A DNA stretch of 64,000 nucleotides from Bacteroidota bacterium (GTDB lineage: Bacteria; Bacteroidota; Bacteroidia; UBA7662; CANHCV01): NCBI GenBank assembly GCA_947459245.1, contig CANHCV010000005.1, positions 4,820-68,819 on the forward strand, in the 5' to 3' direction. The notes under the pieces were generated by a model. The model was given only the letters and a program-made list of their open reading frames with translations. It searched no databases and had not been told where the DNA came from. Each line of letters opens with the position of its first letter. Position 1 is the first letter of the stretch. The translations under genes and the position numbers were made by a program. Shown here in pieces: positions 26,637-35,740 of the stretch.

Positions 26637-28304
26637 ATGAAAACGTTTTTCACCCTCCTCCTCGCTGCGATCGCTTTCGTGGCCTCCGCACAACCGCAAA
26701 AAATAAACTACCAAGGTGTGGCCGTGGGTGCCAACGGAAAACCCCTGAAAAACAGCACCGTGGGTTTGCGCCTTTCGGTGTTGGATAGCCTGCCTACCGG
26801 CAGCAACCTTTACACCGAAACCCAATTGGCTAGCACCGACTCTTCGGGGCAATTCTCCATTTTCTTGGGCGGTGGAACGGCCACGGCAGGAACCTTTGCT
26901 AACCTTCCTTGGGCGAACGGGAACGACAAATTTTTAAAATTGGAAATGGACGCCCAAGGAGGCACCAACTACCAACCCATGGGTACCACGCAACTCGTAA
27001 GTGTGCCGTATGCGTTGGCGGCGGGTACAGCCAAAACAGCCGATGTGGCCAAAGAATTGCAGATTGGTGCCCTCGTACGAGGTAACAACGGTGAAACGTA
27101 TTCGCTTACCATTGGGGCGACCGGCCCAACATGGGCGTGCATCCCACCGGTTACGGCAGCGAATGCCGGTCCCGCCCAGCTCAAGTTTTGCGCAAGCTCA
27201 ATAACCCTTACGGGCAATACCCCCAGCAATGGAATTGCGAGTTGGAGTATTCTTTCGGGTTCTGGCGGAAGTTTGGGAACGGCCAATGCTCCTTCCACTA
27301 CGTTTACGGGCGTTCGCGGAAATTCCTATTCGCTTCGTTACAGTATTTCCAATGCCTGCGGCAGCAGTTCCGATACTGTTGCGGTGATCTTGGCCACATT
27401 AACCACACCCGCGAGTGCCGGCCCTGATCAACTGAACCTTTCAGGAACTACGGCCATCCTCGCAGCCAACCCTCCCTCTGCCACTTCTAGAGAAACTGGA
27501 ACTTGGAGCATTCTTGCCGGCAGTGGAGGGAGTTTCAGTAACAATTCCAACCCTACTGCTACGTTTACCAAAGGAACCGATACTGCTTACACCTTGATAT
27601 GGACAATGACCGGCCCTTGCGGCAGCAGCCGAGATACCGTGAATTTACGTTTCCCTGCCCCGGTAGGATCGGCCTGCGGCCAAGCCGTCACCTACGCTGG
27701 TGAAAGCTACCCAATTGTACAAATTGGAACGCAGTGTTGGTTTGCAAAGAACTTGAATGTGGGCACCATGATAAATTTTTCGTCCTCTGCAGATAACCAA
27801 ACGAACAACAGTACAATAGAGAAATACTGTTACGACAACGACACTGCAAATTGCACAACGTACGGTGGCTTGTACCAATGGGCGGAGGCGGTTCAATACC
27901 AAAACGGAGCAACAAATGATACCTCTCCCAGCCCAGCCTTTTCGGGAAATGTAAAAGGAATTTGTCCTATGGGTTGGCACTTGCCCAGCGATGGGGAATG
28001 GAGTTCATTAGAAACGTTCTTGGGTGGTTCATTTTCAGGCGGTGCACTAAAATCCACCAGCAGTTTATGGACTTCCCCAAACTACGGAGCTACCAATAGC
28101 AGCGGATTTTCCGCGCTGCCAGCCGGGGCGAGCGATACTACTGGATCGTATAACACCATAGGAATCAGTACCTCCTTCTGGACTTCTACCGAGTTTTCAT
28201 CTATCCTTGCATATGGCACCCTTTTGAACTATAACTTTTCATTTGTCCAAGGGCTCAACGACATCAAGTTCTTCGGTCGTTCAATTCGCTGTATTCGGGA
28301 CTAA
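26637..28304 (+). CDS. Secreted protein with tandem Ig-like repeats and a C-terminal Fibrobacter succinogenes major paralogous (FISUMP) domain
   Basis: Signal peptide MKTFFTLLLAAIAFVASAQ, with the ATG at 26637 preferred over the TTG at 26616. Two tandem repeats of about 80 aa (xAGPxQL...WSILxGSGGS...CGSSxDTV). The C-terminal segment ICPMGWHLPSDGEWSSLETFLGG...GFSALPAG...FFGRSIRCIRD is the FISUMP signature. Confidence 0.7.
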   Translation: MKTFFTLLLAAIAFVASAQPQKINYQGVAVGANGKPLKNSTVGLRLSVLDSLPTGSNLYTETQLASTDSSGQFSIFLGGGTATAGTFANLPWANGNDKFLKLEMDAQGGTNYQPMGTTQLVSVPYALAAGTAKTADVAKELQIGALVRGNNGETYSLTIGATGPTWACIPPVTAANAGPAQLKFCASSITLTGNTPSNGIASWSILSGSGGSLGTANAPSTTFTGVRGNSYSLRYSISNACGSSSDTVAVILATLTTPASAGPDQLNLSGTTAILAANPPSATSRETGTWSILAGSGGSFSNNSNPTATFTKGTDTAYTLIWTMTGPCGSSRDTVNLRFPAPVGSACGQAVTYAGESYPIVQIGTQCWFAKNLNVGTMINFSSSADNQTNNSTIEKYCYDNDTANCTTYGGLYQWAEAVQYQNGATNDTSPSPAFSGNVKGICPMGWHLPSDGEWSSLETFLGGSFSGGALKSTSSLWTSPNYGATNSSGFSALPAGASDTTGSYNTIGISTSFWTSTEFSSILAYGTLLNYNFSFVQGLNDIKFFGRSIRCIRD

Positions 28305-28329
28305 CTTTGGTCCGCTCCCTGAGGTCCTC

Positions 28330-28356
28330 GAACGCACGCGGAAGGTGAGAAGATAA
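28330..28356. repeat. Distal copy of the 27-nt repeat (reads ERTRKVRR-stop in frame). It is the remnant of a T9SS-CTD gene end downstream of the FISUMP gene.
   Basis: The sequence is gaacgcacgcggaaggtgagaagataa. The FISUMP protein has no T9SS CTD, so this is not its own terminus. Confidence 0.65.
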
Positions 28357-28407
28357 ATTCTTTTTGGAACCTTTTAAAAGGCAATGGATTTTTAAAAGAA
28401 AAATCCC

Positions 28408-29982
28408 ATGAGATTCGTTCTTCTATTCCTCCTTTTTCCCATTTTGGGGTTTGCCCAAAATTTTGCTTTTAACATTGAATTAAAGCCTAAATCCATTTCA
28501 GGATTTCCTGGATTGCATTCCTTTGCATTAGGTCATTTTCAAGGAAAATCGGTTTTTGTTGGTGGAAGAACCGATGGAATACATGCTCGGCAGCCGTTCA
28601 ATGCATTTCCATCGACAGGAAATAATTTGCGCATTTATGTTGTAGATTTTCAAACTCAACAAGTTTGGAGCTCATCGTTAGCAGGGTTAGATCCCTCGGT
28701 GGTGGATCAGCTTCAAGCGACCAATTTTAATTTCATTCAAAGAGGAAACGATTTAGTGATTGTTGGCGGATATGGATTTTCGGTTCTCGCTCAAAATCAC
28801 ATTACACATCCCCGATTAACGGTACTTCCCCTCGATATCATTGTTCCTAAAATCATGGCCAATCAATCTTGGAGTTCGGATATTTTTTCCATTCAAGACA
28901 CCAATTTTGCAGTGACAGGAGGTCAAATGGCCATTTTTGGAGACACTCTTTGTATTGTAGGAGGCCACCGTTTTGATGGGAGGTACAACCCGATGGGTCA
29001 TGCTACCTACACTCAAAATTATACGAATGCAATTCGTCGGTTTTTAGCCCAAAGACAGGGTTCGTTGTTTCAAATTCAATGGTTTTCTCCCCTCATTTCT
29101 CCCGAACATTTGCACCGAAGGGATTACAATTTAGTTCCAGTTTTGACAGCAACGGGTGCGAGAAAATATGTAATTAGTTCGGGGGTTTTTCAGCCACAAG
29201 TTGATTTGCCTTATCTCTATCCAGTTGAGATAGCGGCCCAAAGTATTATCCCCGATACTGGATTCTCACAGCGGTTGAGCAATTACCACAGTGCAAAAGT
29301 TTCCCTTTTTGACCCCATTCAACAAAGTATGCATTATTTATTTCTTGGGGGAATAAGTCAATACCAATACCAAAACGGACAAGTGGTTGCAGATGCAACC
29401 GTTCCCTTTGTTCGAACCATCAGTAGGTTGACTCGAACTTCTCAAGGACAATGGTCGGAGTTTCCCTTAGGGATGATGCCGGGCTACCTGGGAGCTGGTG
29501 CAGAATTGGTCATTGATCATCAAAACCCGGCATTCAATTCCGATGAAATATTTACACTTCCATCTTCGAATCTTCCCGATTCTTTATTTTTAGGATGGAT
29601 GGTTGGTGGAATTTCGTCTTCCATCCCTAATGCTTTTACCTCTAATTCAACGGGATCAACTTCTGCAAATCCTTTGGTGTACGAAGTTTGGTTGAAAAAC
29701 AACCGGGTTGCAACAACCACGATGGAAGAGACTTCTCCTTATGGACTTTGGAATTCCAGCAATCAAGAACTTTGGATAAGATGGGAAATGAAAACGGGCG
29801 GACCTGTTAAACTTAGTCTAACTGATTTGGAAGGCAAGTCCATTCGAAAGAGGATAATAAAAACGGTTGAACCCGGATTCCGAGAACATGCATGGGATTT
29901 GCAAGACCTACCTTCAGGAGTTTATTTATTTCATTTGAGCTGGGAAGGCAAATCGTTCTCCCAAAAAATCCTGATTCGTTAA
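28408..29982 (+). CDS. Secreted Kelch-like beta-propeller protein with a T9SS C-terminal sorting domain
   Basis: Signal peptide MRFVLLFLLFPILGFAQ. The C-terminal KLSLTDLEGKSIRKRIIKTVEPGFREHAWDLQDLPSGVYLFHLSWEGKSFSQKILIR is a T9SS CTD. Confidence 0.6.
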   Translation: MRFVLLFLLFPILGFAQNFAFNIELKPKSISGFPGLHSFALGHFQGKSVFVGGRTDGIHARQPFNAFPSTGNNLRIYVVDFQTQQVWSSSLAGLDPSVVDQLQATNFNFIQRGNDLVIVGGYGFSVLAQNHITHPRLTVLPLDIIVPKIMANQSWSSDIFSIQDTNFAVTGGQMAIFGDTLCIVGGHRFDGRYNPMGHATYTQNYTNAIRRFLAQRQGSLFQIQWFSPLISPEHLHRRDYNLVPVLTATGARKYVISSGVFQPQVDLPYLYPVEIAAQSIIPDTGFSQRLSNYHSAKVSLFDPIQQSMHYLFLGGISQYQYQNGQVVADATVPFVRTISRLTRTSQGQWSEFPLGMMPGYLGAGAELVIDHQNPAFNSDEIFTLPSSNLPDSLFLGWMVGGISSSIPNAFTSNSTGSTSANPLVYEVWLKNNRVATTTMEETSPYGLWNSSNQELWIRWEMKTGGPVKLSLTDLEGKSIRKRIIKTVEPGFREHAWDLQDLPSGVYLFHLSWEGKSFSQKILIR

Positions 29983-30443
29983 CCCTCCAAAACGTCCAAG
30001 ATATCGATCAAATCGTTGAAATCTCGGAGGCCCACTTTTTCTTCTTGCAAACTTTCTAGAATGATTCCCTCGGGTTGAAACGTGGTTAACCAGCCCTCGA
30101 GTTCGTTGGCTTTTCCGGTGAAAACCATAAACTTTAAACCTTCAGGAGAAATCCAATGATCTTCATTTTTGGTGAAAGTGGGGAAATCAGCGGGGATGTT
30201 CGCACCATTTGCCGCATCCAATTGAAGCAGTTGAATACCGTCTTCCACCGCAGCCATGGGAGCATTCCCGAAATCGCCCAACAACAGCGGACCTGAACAC
30301 CATCCCAAAATTTCTTGGGCATCCGACAAAGAAATTCCGCCGCTTTGAGGATCCAGGTTCATGCCCATGTAGTCAAACCCATGCGCGGCGGCAAAGCGGG
30401 CGTCGCTCAAATGCGTAATGCCTTTGAAAAACTTTGGGATCAT
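29979..30443 (-). CDS. Phosphoribosylanthranilate isomerase-like (TrpF-like) small protein. The call is weak.
   Basis: The N-terminus KFFKGITHLSDARFAAAHGFDYMGMNL resembles the TrpF signature K-I-C-G-I-T...GAD..G-F-I-F. At 154 aa it is shorter than canonical TrpF. Confidence 0.3.
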   Translation of the reverse strand: MIPKFFKGITHLSDARFAAAHGFDYMGMNLDPQSGGISLSDAQEILGWCSGPLLLGDFGNAPMAAVEDGIQLLQLDAANGANIPADFPTFTKNEDHWISPEGLKFMVFTGKANELEGWLTTFQPEGIILESLQEEKVGLRDFNDLIDILDVLEG

Positions 30444-31657
30444 CGCTCCAAATCGGTTGAAAGTTTGAAACGTACAATGCGGCCATTTCCGGTGTCGGCC
30501 ACATAAAGAACTCGTTTGAAATAAGCGACCCCTTCCGGATTTCTAAATTGGGCTGGGCCGCTTCCCGTTCCTCCAAAACTCGCGATGATCTGCTTTTTGT
30601 CGGTAAAGGTTGGAGGAGCATTTACCCCTTCAAAGCCGCGGAAGGTAAATTGAAAAACCGAGTCTTTCGCGGCATCTACAACAAACAAATACTGCGTTTC
30701 ATCGGGAGCAAAGCAAACATCCATGGGCTTTCCAAATCGATAAGAATCGTAAAGAAAACGACTGCTTTTGCTGGTGTCAAAATTCAACATGCCCGGATTT
30801 TCGGTGTATTGAATTCCCAAATCGGGGTCCTCAAACTTCTTGATCCAAAGGGTTTTGTATTCTGCGGTAGGATCTCCTTGAAGAAGAAGAAAATCGGTGC
30901 TTTGACTCATTCCAAACGCCACCTGCGGTGGAGCTGTAAACGTTCCTATGCCGGTGGGCGACAAGCAACTTTTTAAACTGGTTCCAACGGGAGAAAGCCC
31001 TTGTGCATAACCGGAATTGTTGCGGAAAGCATCGAACGATAAAACGCAGTTATCGGGACGAGCCGAGGAAATTAAACTGTTGGTTGGGCCGCGTCGGGCC
31101 AAATAAAAAGTGTTATCGTGCATGAAAGAAACCCCTGCAAATTCCACCTGCTCGTCGAGAACCCCTCGGAAGTTGGTGTTATTCCGAGAATTGTCGCAAA
31201 ACGGATGAATGAGGGTATCGATGAATTCGGGCTGAGTTCCACTTCCGTTGCGCAGCACAAAAACCGCCGGTAGTTGGTACGTAGTGCCGTTGCTGTTGTA
31301 GGCAATTCGGGCGCAAACGTAGGTATTCATTCGCCGATCCTGACTCACTTTTGTGGCGCCCGTAAAAGGAATGCTGCGGTGCAAGGTTCCTTTTTGATCC
31401 AAAATATGAATGCCTCGGTCATCGGCAACGTACACCATTTCATCGTAACCCACAAAAACATCGTGCGGCTGAACAAAGCCGCCCCAAGTTGGAAGAACCG
31501 GAACGTAACCTACCGTATTGGGAACCAAGTTGGGATCGATGGCTCCTTGAGTTAAAATGTCTTTAACAGCATCATCGTCTTTTCGGCCGAAGAGGAAATC
31601 GCACGAGGTGAGAAACATCGCACAAAACATCCAAGAAATCCACCAATACTTCTTCAT
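30440..31657 (-). CDS. Lipoprotein with NHL-repeat / six-bladed beta-propeller features
   Basis: A lipobox (MKKYWWISWMFCAMFLTSCDF) is followed by repeated YVADxxNxRI-like NHL motifs (for example LYVADTGNGRIVRF). Confidence 0.55.
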   Translation of the reverse strand: MKKYWWISWMFCAMFLTSCDFLFGRKDDDAVKDILTQGAIDPNLVPNTVGYVPVLPTWGGFVQPHDVFVGYDEMVYVADDRGIHILDQKGTLHRSIPFTGATKVSQDRRMNTYVCARIAYNSNGTTYQLPAVFVLRNGSGTQPEFIDTLIHPFCDNSRNNTNFRGVLDEQVEFAGVSFMHDNTFYLARRGPTNSLISSARPDNCVLSFDAFRNNSGYAQGLSPVGTSLKSCLSPTGIGTFTAPPQVAFGMSQSTDFLLLQGDPTAEYKTLWIKKFEDPDLGIQYTENPGMLNFDTSKSSRFLYDSYRFGKPMDVCFAPDETQYLFVVDAAKDSVFQFTFRGFEGVNAPPTFTDKKQIIASFGGTGSGPAQFRNPEGVAYFKRVLYVADTGNGRIVRFKLSTDLER

Positions 31658-32646
31658 AAAATATTCATTTGTAGGGTGATGCGATGCACATTTCCTAAAC
31701 GAGATTTGGACTGATAACCGTAATCAAATTTAATTTTTCCAAAAGATCGCGGCATCCACAATCCGGCTCCAAAGGAAGGAACAAAGGCCTCGTCCATGCC
31801 GAATTCGTAACCGGTGCGTGCATAAAGCACCTGATTAAAGCGGTATTCGGCACCCAGTCCAAACGTTTCCTTGTTGTCGGTTGGATGATTCAATTGGGCC
31901 GTTGCAGTAAGCACTTGTTGCTCGGTGCGAATGGCATCCCAAGCAATTCCAAAACGGAAAACGGCCGGTATGCCCATCTCTTCAAAATCTTTTTGAGTTA
32001 AAGGGCCGTTCAACGAAGTGGAGGTCCACGTTCCCGTTGGCTGATTGTTGACCCCAAAATTGGAAATGGTAACAGCAAAACGCGTGTTCTGCCAACCAAT
32101 GTCGTACTGAAAACCCAAATCAACCAAAAAGTTCTGATTTGTTAATCCGGCAATGTTCTCCCGAGCATACTTGGCAGTCATTCCAAAATTGAATTGGCGG
32201 GTTAACGACTTGGCAAAGGTTAAACCTGCCACGAAATCGTTCACCGAAAACGTTTGTCCGGTTCCAAAAGGTTGAAACTCGGTGGTTAACGGCATCTGAC
32301 CGGTATTGAGGGAAAATAGGGAAAGGCCGAAGTAGGTGCCCTTGCGTTGTTTCACGATTCCCAGCGCGTTCACAGGAATGTCGGCAAAATATTGAGTATG
32401 CGCCGCCAAAACGTGCAATCGCGAAGAGTCGAGTTGAGCAATTCCTGCCGGATTCCACCACAAAGATGCAACATCGTTGGTGGAAGCCACCACGTTTCCA
32501 CTCATTCCCGAGGAACGGGCATCTACGCCCAATTTTAGAAACTGCATGCCCGTTGTGCCCGACCGAGATCCTCCAAATGAAGGGAGAATTTGGGCTTGAA
32601 CCGATCCGCAGATCAACAAAACAAAAGCAAAAATTATTCTTCGCAT
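31654..32646 (-). CDS. porQ: T9SS outer-membrane beta-barrel of the PorQ/PorV family (PorQ favoured by its 330 aa length)
   Basis: The N-terminal motif MQFLKLGVDARSSGMSGNVVASTNDVASLWWNPAGIAQ matches the conserved FLKIGxGARAxGMGGA...YWNPAG signature of PorV/PorQ. It ends in an aromatic-rich beta-barrel. Confidence 0.5.
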   Translation of the reverse strand: MRRIIFAFVLLICGSVQAQILPSFGGSRSGTTGMQFLKLGVDARSSGMSGNVVASTNDVASLWWNPAGIAQLDSSRLHVLAAHTQYFADIPVNALGIVKQRKGTYFGLSLFSLNTGQMPLTTEFQPFGTGQTFSVNDFVAGLTFAKSLTRQFNFGMTAKYARENIAGLTNQNFLVDLGFQYDIGWQNTRFAVTISNFGVNNQPTGTWTSTSLNGPLTQKDFEEMGIPAVFRFGIAWDAIRTEQQVLTATAQLNHPTDNKETFGLGAEYRFNQVLYARTGYEFGMDEAFVPSFGAGLWMPRSFGKIKFDYGYQSKSRLGNVHRITLQMNIL

Positions 32647-32686
32647 CAGCCCGTAAAGATACGTCGAAAAAAACTACTTTTGCCCC

Positions 32687-33256
32687 ATGCATAGCATCGA
32701 ACCGTACGATCGGTGGCGAGGAATTTACGACGCTTCCGAAGATGAGAAATCGCCTTTTTTTGGAAGGGAATACAACGAATTCGAATTCGTTAATCAAGTT
32801 TACAATTACGTCATTCATCCTCAATGGGATGAGTTCGGATCCGAAACCCTCTATTGCAAAATTCTCTTTGTAGATGATCGCCACAACGTGGCCATTTTGG
32901 AGTTCATTGGCGAGTGGAACGACTGTTTGCACAACGATATCGCCCTGTTAAAACGCCAAGTTATTGATCCTTTGATCCATCGCGGCATCATTCACTTCAT
33001 CCTCATTGGTGAAAATGTAATGGCCTTTCACCCCAGCGATGATAGTTATTACGAGGAATGGTTTGAAGATGTGGAAGAAGGATGGATTGCCGCCATTAAT
33101 TTTTTGGATCACGTGCGTGAAGATTTTCAGCAAAGCGGCATCGATCGGGTTTTCATCCACGGCGGAAGTTTGGATGCCACGGCTTGGCGAACGCTACGTC
33201 CGCTTCAATTTTTCGAATTGGTTTCGGGAACGGTGCAAAAACGGTTGGGGTTGTAG
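32687..33256 (+). CDS. Hypothetical cytoplasmic protein
   Basis: No motif was recognised. The protein is acidic and 189 aa long. Confidence 0.4.
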   Translation: MHSIEPYDRWRGIYDASEDEKSPFFGREYNEFEFVNQVYNYVIHPQWDEFGSETLYCKILFVDDRHNVAILEFIGEWNDCLHNDIALLKRQVIDPLIHRGIIHFILIGENVMAFHPSDDSYYEEWFEDVEEGWIAAINFLDHVREDFQQSGIDRVFIHGGSLDATAWRTLRPLQFFELVSGTVQKRLGL

Positions 33257-35701
33257 TTAAAACCCGCCACCGCCTTCTCCTCCTACCGGGCCGGTTTCCA
33301 CTTTGGCGGGCTTCTTCCCTCCTTCGGCTCGCCCGAAGTAGTAATTGAACGCCAGCGTAAAAATTCTACTCTCTGTTTTCCAACGCATTTCCTGGGCAAA
33401 TCCCTGACCTTGATCGGCAATGTTGATGCGGAAATAACGCTGGTTAAAGGCATCGTTCACGGCGAAAGTTAGATTTCCTTTGCCTTTCAACACGTCTTTC
33501 CGAACACTGAAATCAAAGGCGGGAATGGGATCAATCACCCCAATGGCGCGTTTCAATTTTCCGCGGTAGTTGTACACTACTTGGGCGTTCCAGCCTTTCT
33601 TTATTTTGAAGCTTTGAATGGCTTTTGCATTGTACGTTAATCCTCGGTTCACCAATCCGCCAATCAAATTGGTGGCATCTACTCGGTAGTAAAAAACGTT
33701 CACGTTGGCGTTCAAATTCCACCAAGGGAATAGATCGCCTACCAAAGTGAATTCACTTCCGTAGTTGTTGCTTTGATTAAAATTGATGAAGGTTGTTGTG
33801 CTAATTCCCTTGGAATCTACCGTGCGGAAACGCCACATTTCTCCGGAACTCTGACGGAAATACAAGGCCGGAGTAAACGTGAATTTTGGAGAGCGATAAA
33901 TCAGGTTAAAATCGAACGAATGAATGTATTCGGGTCGCAAATAGGGGTTTCCAATGAAAATGTTCAAGGGGTCTTGCAGGTTCCGAAACGGATTCACTTG
34001 CCCGCCGTTGGGGCGGGTTAAACGTCGGGAATAGGACCAACTGGCATCCCAATTTTTGGCCACCTTGCGCGAAACAGCAAAGCTGGGAAACAATCCTGGC
34101 CAAATTCCCAAGGTATCTCCACTTCCTTTAATTCCGTAATTGAACAAAAACCGACTTCCTTGGGTGATCTGATCGCTTTGGGTGTTGGTTTGCTCGATGC
34201 GCAACCCACCCGTGGTGTTCCACTTACCGAACGTTCTGGTATAAGTGCTGTAAACTGCATAAATTTTCTCGTCGTACACGAATCGGTTGGTCACCGAACC
34301 GTCGTTGAAAAACCTTTGTTGGGCCGTATCCAACCGTTCAAAGTTCAAATCTCGGTCGGTATTCCGGAGGATCACCTTTCCTCCATATTCCCATTTGGCA
34401 CCGTGTTGCACCATTTTAATTCGATCGAGTTGAAGCGTGTGGGTGCCAATGATTCCCAAATTCGCATTGGTTTGTTTCAAGGGCTGCCAAGTCCAAACAT
34501 CTTGACGCAAATCGTTGAATTGATCGGTTAAATTCTTGCTGAATTGGTAGGAAATGCTGAGGTCTTCTTTCTTGTTTTCAAACTTTTTGTTGTAGAGCGC
34601 ATTGAATTCTGCCGTATATCCGGGGATTTTACCCGTTTGAGCTCCGCTGTATTGGAATTTTTCAACGGTGTCCAAAGTCAAAATTTGGTAGCGATAAATG
34701 TCTTCCGAGGTTTCGTTGTTGGGGGTGTAACCAAAGGAGGAACTTAAGGTATTCTTTCCCCAAGAATATTCCGCCCCTGCTTTGGTGTTGGTGGTTTGGG
34801 TCCGCTGAAATCCGCTGGAAAATTGAATGATCCACGGCAAAGAATCCGACAAGTAATTGATGCGATTGGCGCTATTTTTCTTGTACAATTCCCAATCTCG
34901 GTAATTGGCATTGGCGAAGAAATTCCACGCTCCTTTTTTGTAGTTGATGTTGAATCCGGAAGAAACCTTTCCCCCGAAGCCTACCACGGCCGTTGCAACC
35001 CCATTCAATCCGTTGGCTTTGTTCTTCTTCAAAACGATGTTGATGATTCCCGACATTCCATCGGGGTCGTATTTGGCGGAAGGATTGGTGATCAATTCGA
35101 TGTTATCGATGGATGAAGCGGGAATTTGTTGAAGGGAAAGGTTGGAAGGTTTCCCATCGATGAAGATATTGGCATTTCCTGTCCCGCGGAGGGAAACCTT
35201 GCCGTCTTGATCAACGCTTACCGACGGAACGTTTTCCAAAACCTGAAGCGCTGTTCCTCCTTGAACGGTTGCGTTGCTGCCTACGTTGAAGACTTTTTTA
35301 TCGAGTTGGATTTCGAATGCGGTTCGGGTGCCTTGAATATCGGCACCTTGAAGTACTTTAGGATTGGCTTGAATGAAGCAGGTGCCGAGTAGTTGAACGG
35401 GTTTTTCTTCCGTTAAGCACGTTTTTTTCAATTCCGGCGTCTCAAAGCCGATGGCCGAGATTTTCACTTCGTAGCAACCCAATGGGAGATTCGAAATTTG
35501 AATGAAGCCTTCCTCGTTCGTAAATCCACCGAAAACTTGGTTGCCCAAACTTACGCCAACCGAAGCCAACGGAACAGGCTTTTGGCTGTTGGATTCAACT
35601 ACCTTCAAAGAAATTTTTCCCGATTTATTTTTCTGTCCCCAAACCAAGGTGGTTCCGAAGATCCAGAATAAAAGCAACGCCCACGTTTTCATGAAGCGCA
35701 A
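33257..35701 (-). CDS. TonB-dependent outer-membrane receptor with an N-terminal carboxypeptidase-regulatory-like domain
   Basis: After a signal peptide come a CarbopepD_reg-like segment (ISLKVVESNSQKPVPLASVGVS), a plug motif (VSLRGTGNANIFIDGKPS) and a long beta-barrel ending in a C-terminal F. Confidence 0.8.
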   Translation of the reverse strand: MRFMKTWALLLFWIFGTTLVWGQKNKSGKISLKVVESNSQKPVPLASVGVSLGNQVFGGFTNEEGFIQISNLPLGCYEVKISAIGFETPELKKTCLTEEKPVQLLGTCFIQANPKVLQGADIQGTRTAFEIQLDKKVFNVGSNATVQGGTALQVLENVPSVSVDQDGKVSLRGTGNANIFIDGKPSNLSLQQIPASSIDNIELITNPSAKYDPDGMSGIINIVLKKNKANGLNGVATAVVGFGGKVSSGFNINYKKGAWNFFANANYRDWELYKKNSANRINYLSDSLPWIIQFSSGFQRTQTTNTKAGAEYSWGKNTLSSSFGYTPNNETSEDIYRYQILTLDTVEKFQYSGAQTGKIPGYTAEFNALYNKKFENKKEDLSISYQFSKNLTDQFNDLRQDVWTWQPLKQTNANLGIIGTHTLQLDRIKMVQHGAKWEYGGKVILRNTDRDLNFERLDTAQQRFFNDGSVTNRFVYDEKIYAVYSTYTRTFGKWNTTGGLRIEQTNTQSDQITQGSRFLFNYGIKGSGDTLGIWPGLFPSFAVSRKVAKNWDASWSYSRRLTRPNGGQVNPFRNLQDPLNIFIGNPYLRPEYIHSFDFNLIYRSPKFTFTPALYFRQSSGEMWRFRTVDSKGISTTTFINFNQSNNYGSEFTLVGDLFPWWNLNANVNVFYYRVDATNLIGGLVNRGLTYNAKAIQSFKIKKGWNAQVVYNYRGKLKRAIGVIDPIPAFDFSVRKDVLKGKGNLTFAVNDAFNQRYFRINIADQGQGFAQEMRWKTESRIFTLAFNYYFGRAEGGKKPAKVETGPVGGEGGGGF

Positions 35702-35740
35702 AGATAGGGCTTTCAGAAGGTTTCAAAAGTTTAAAAAACC

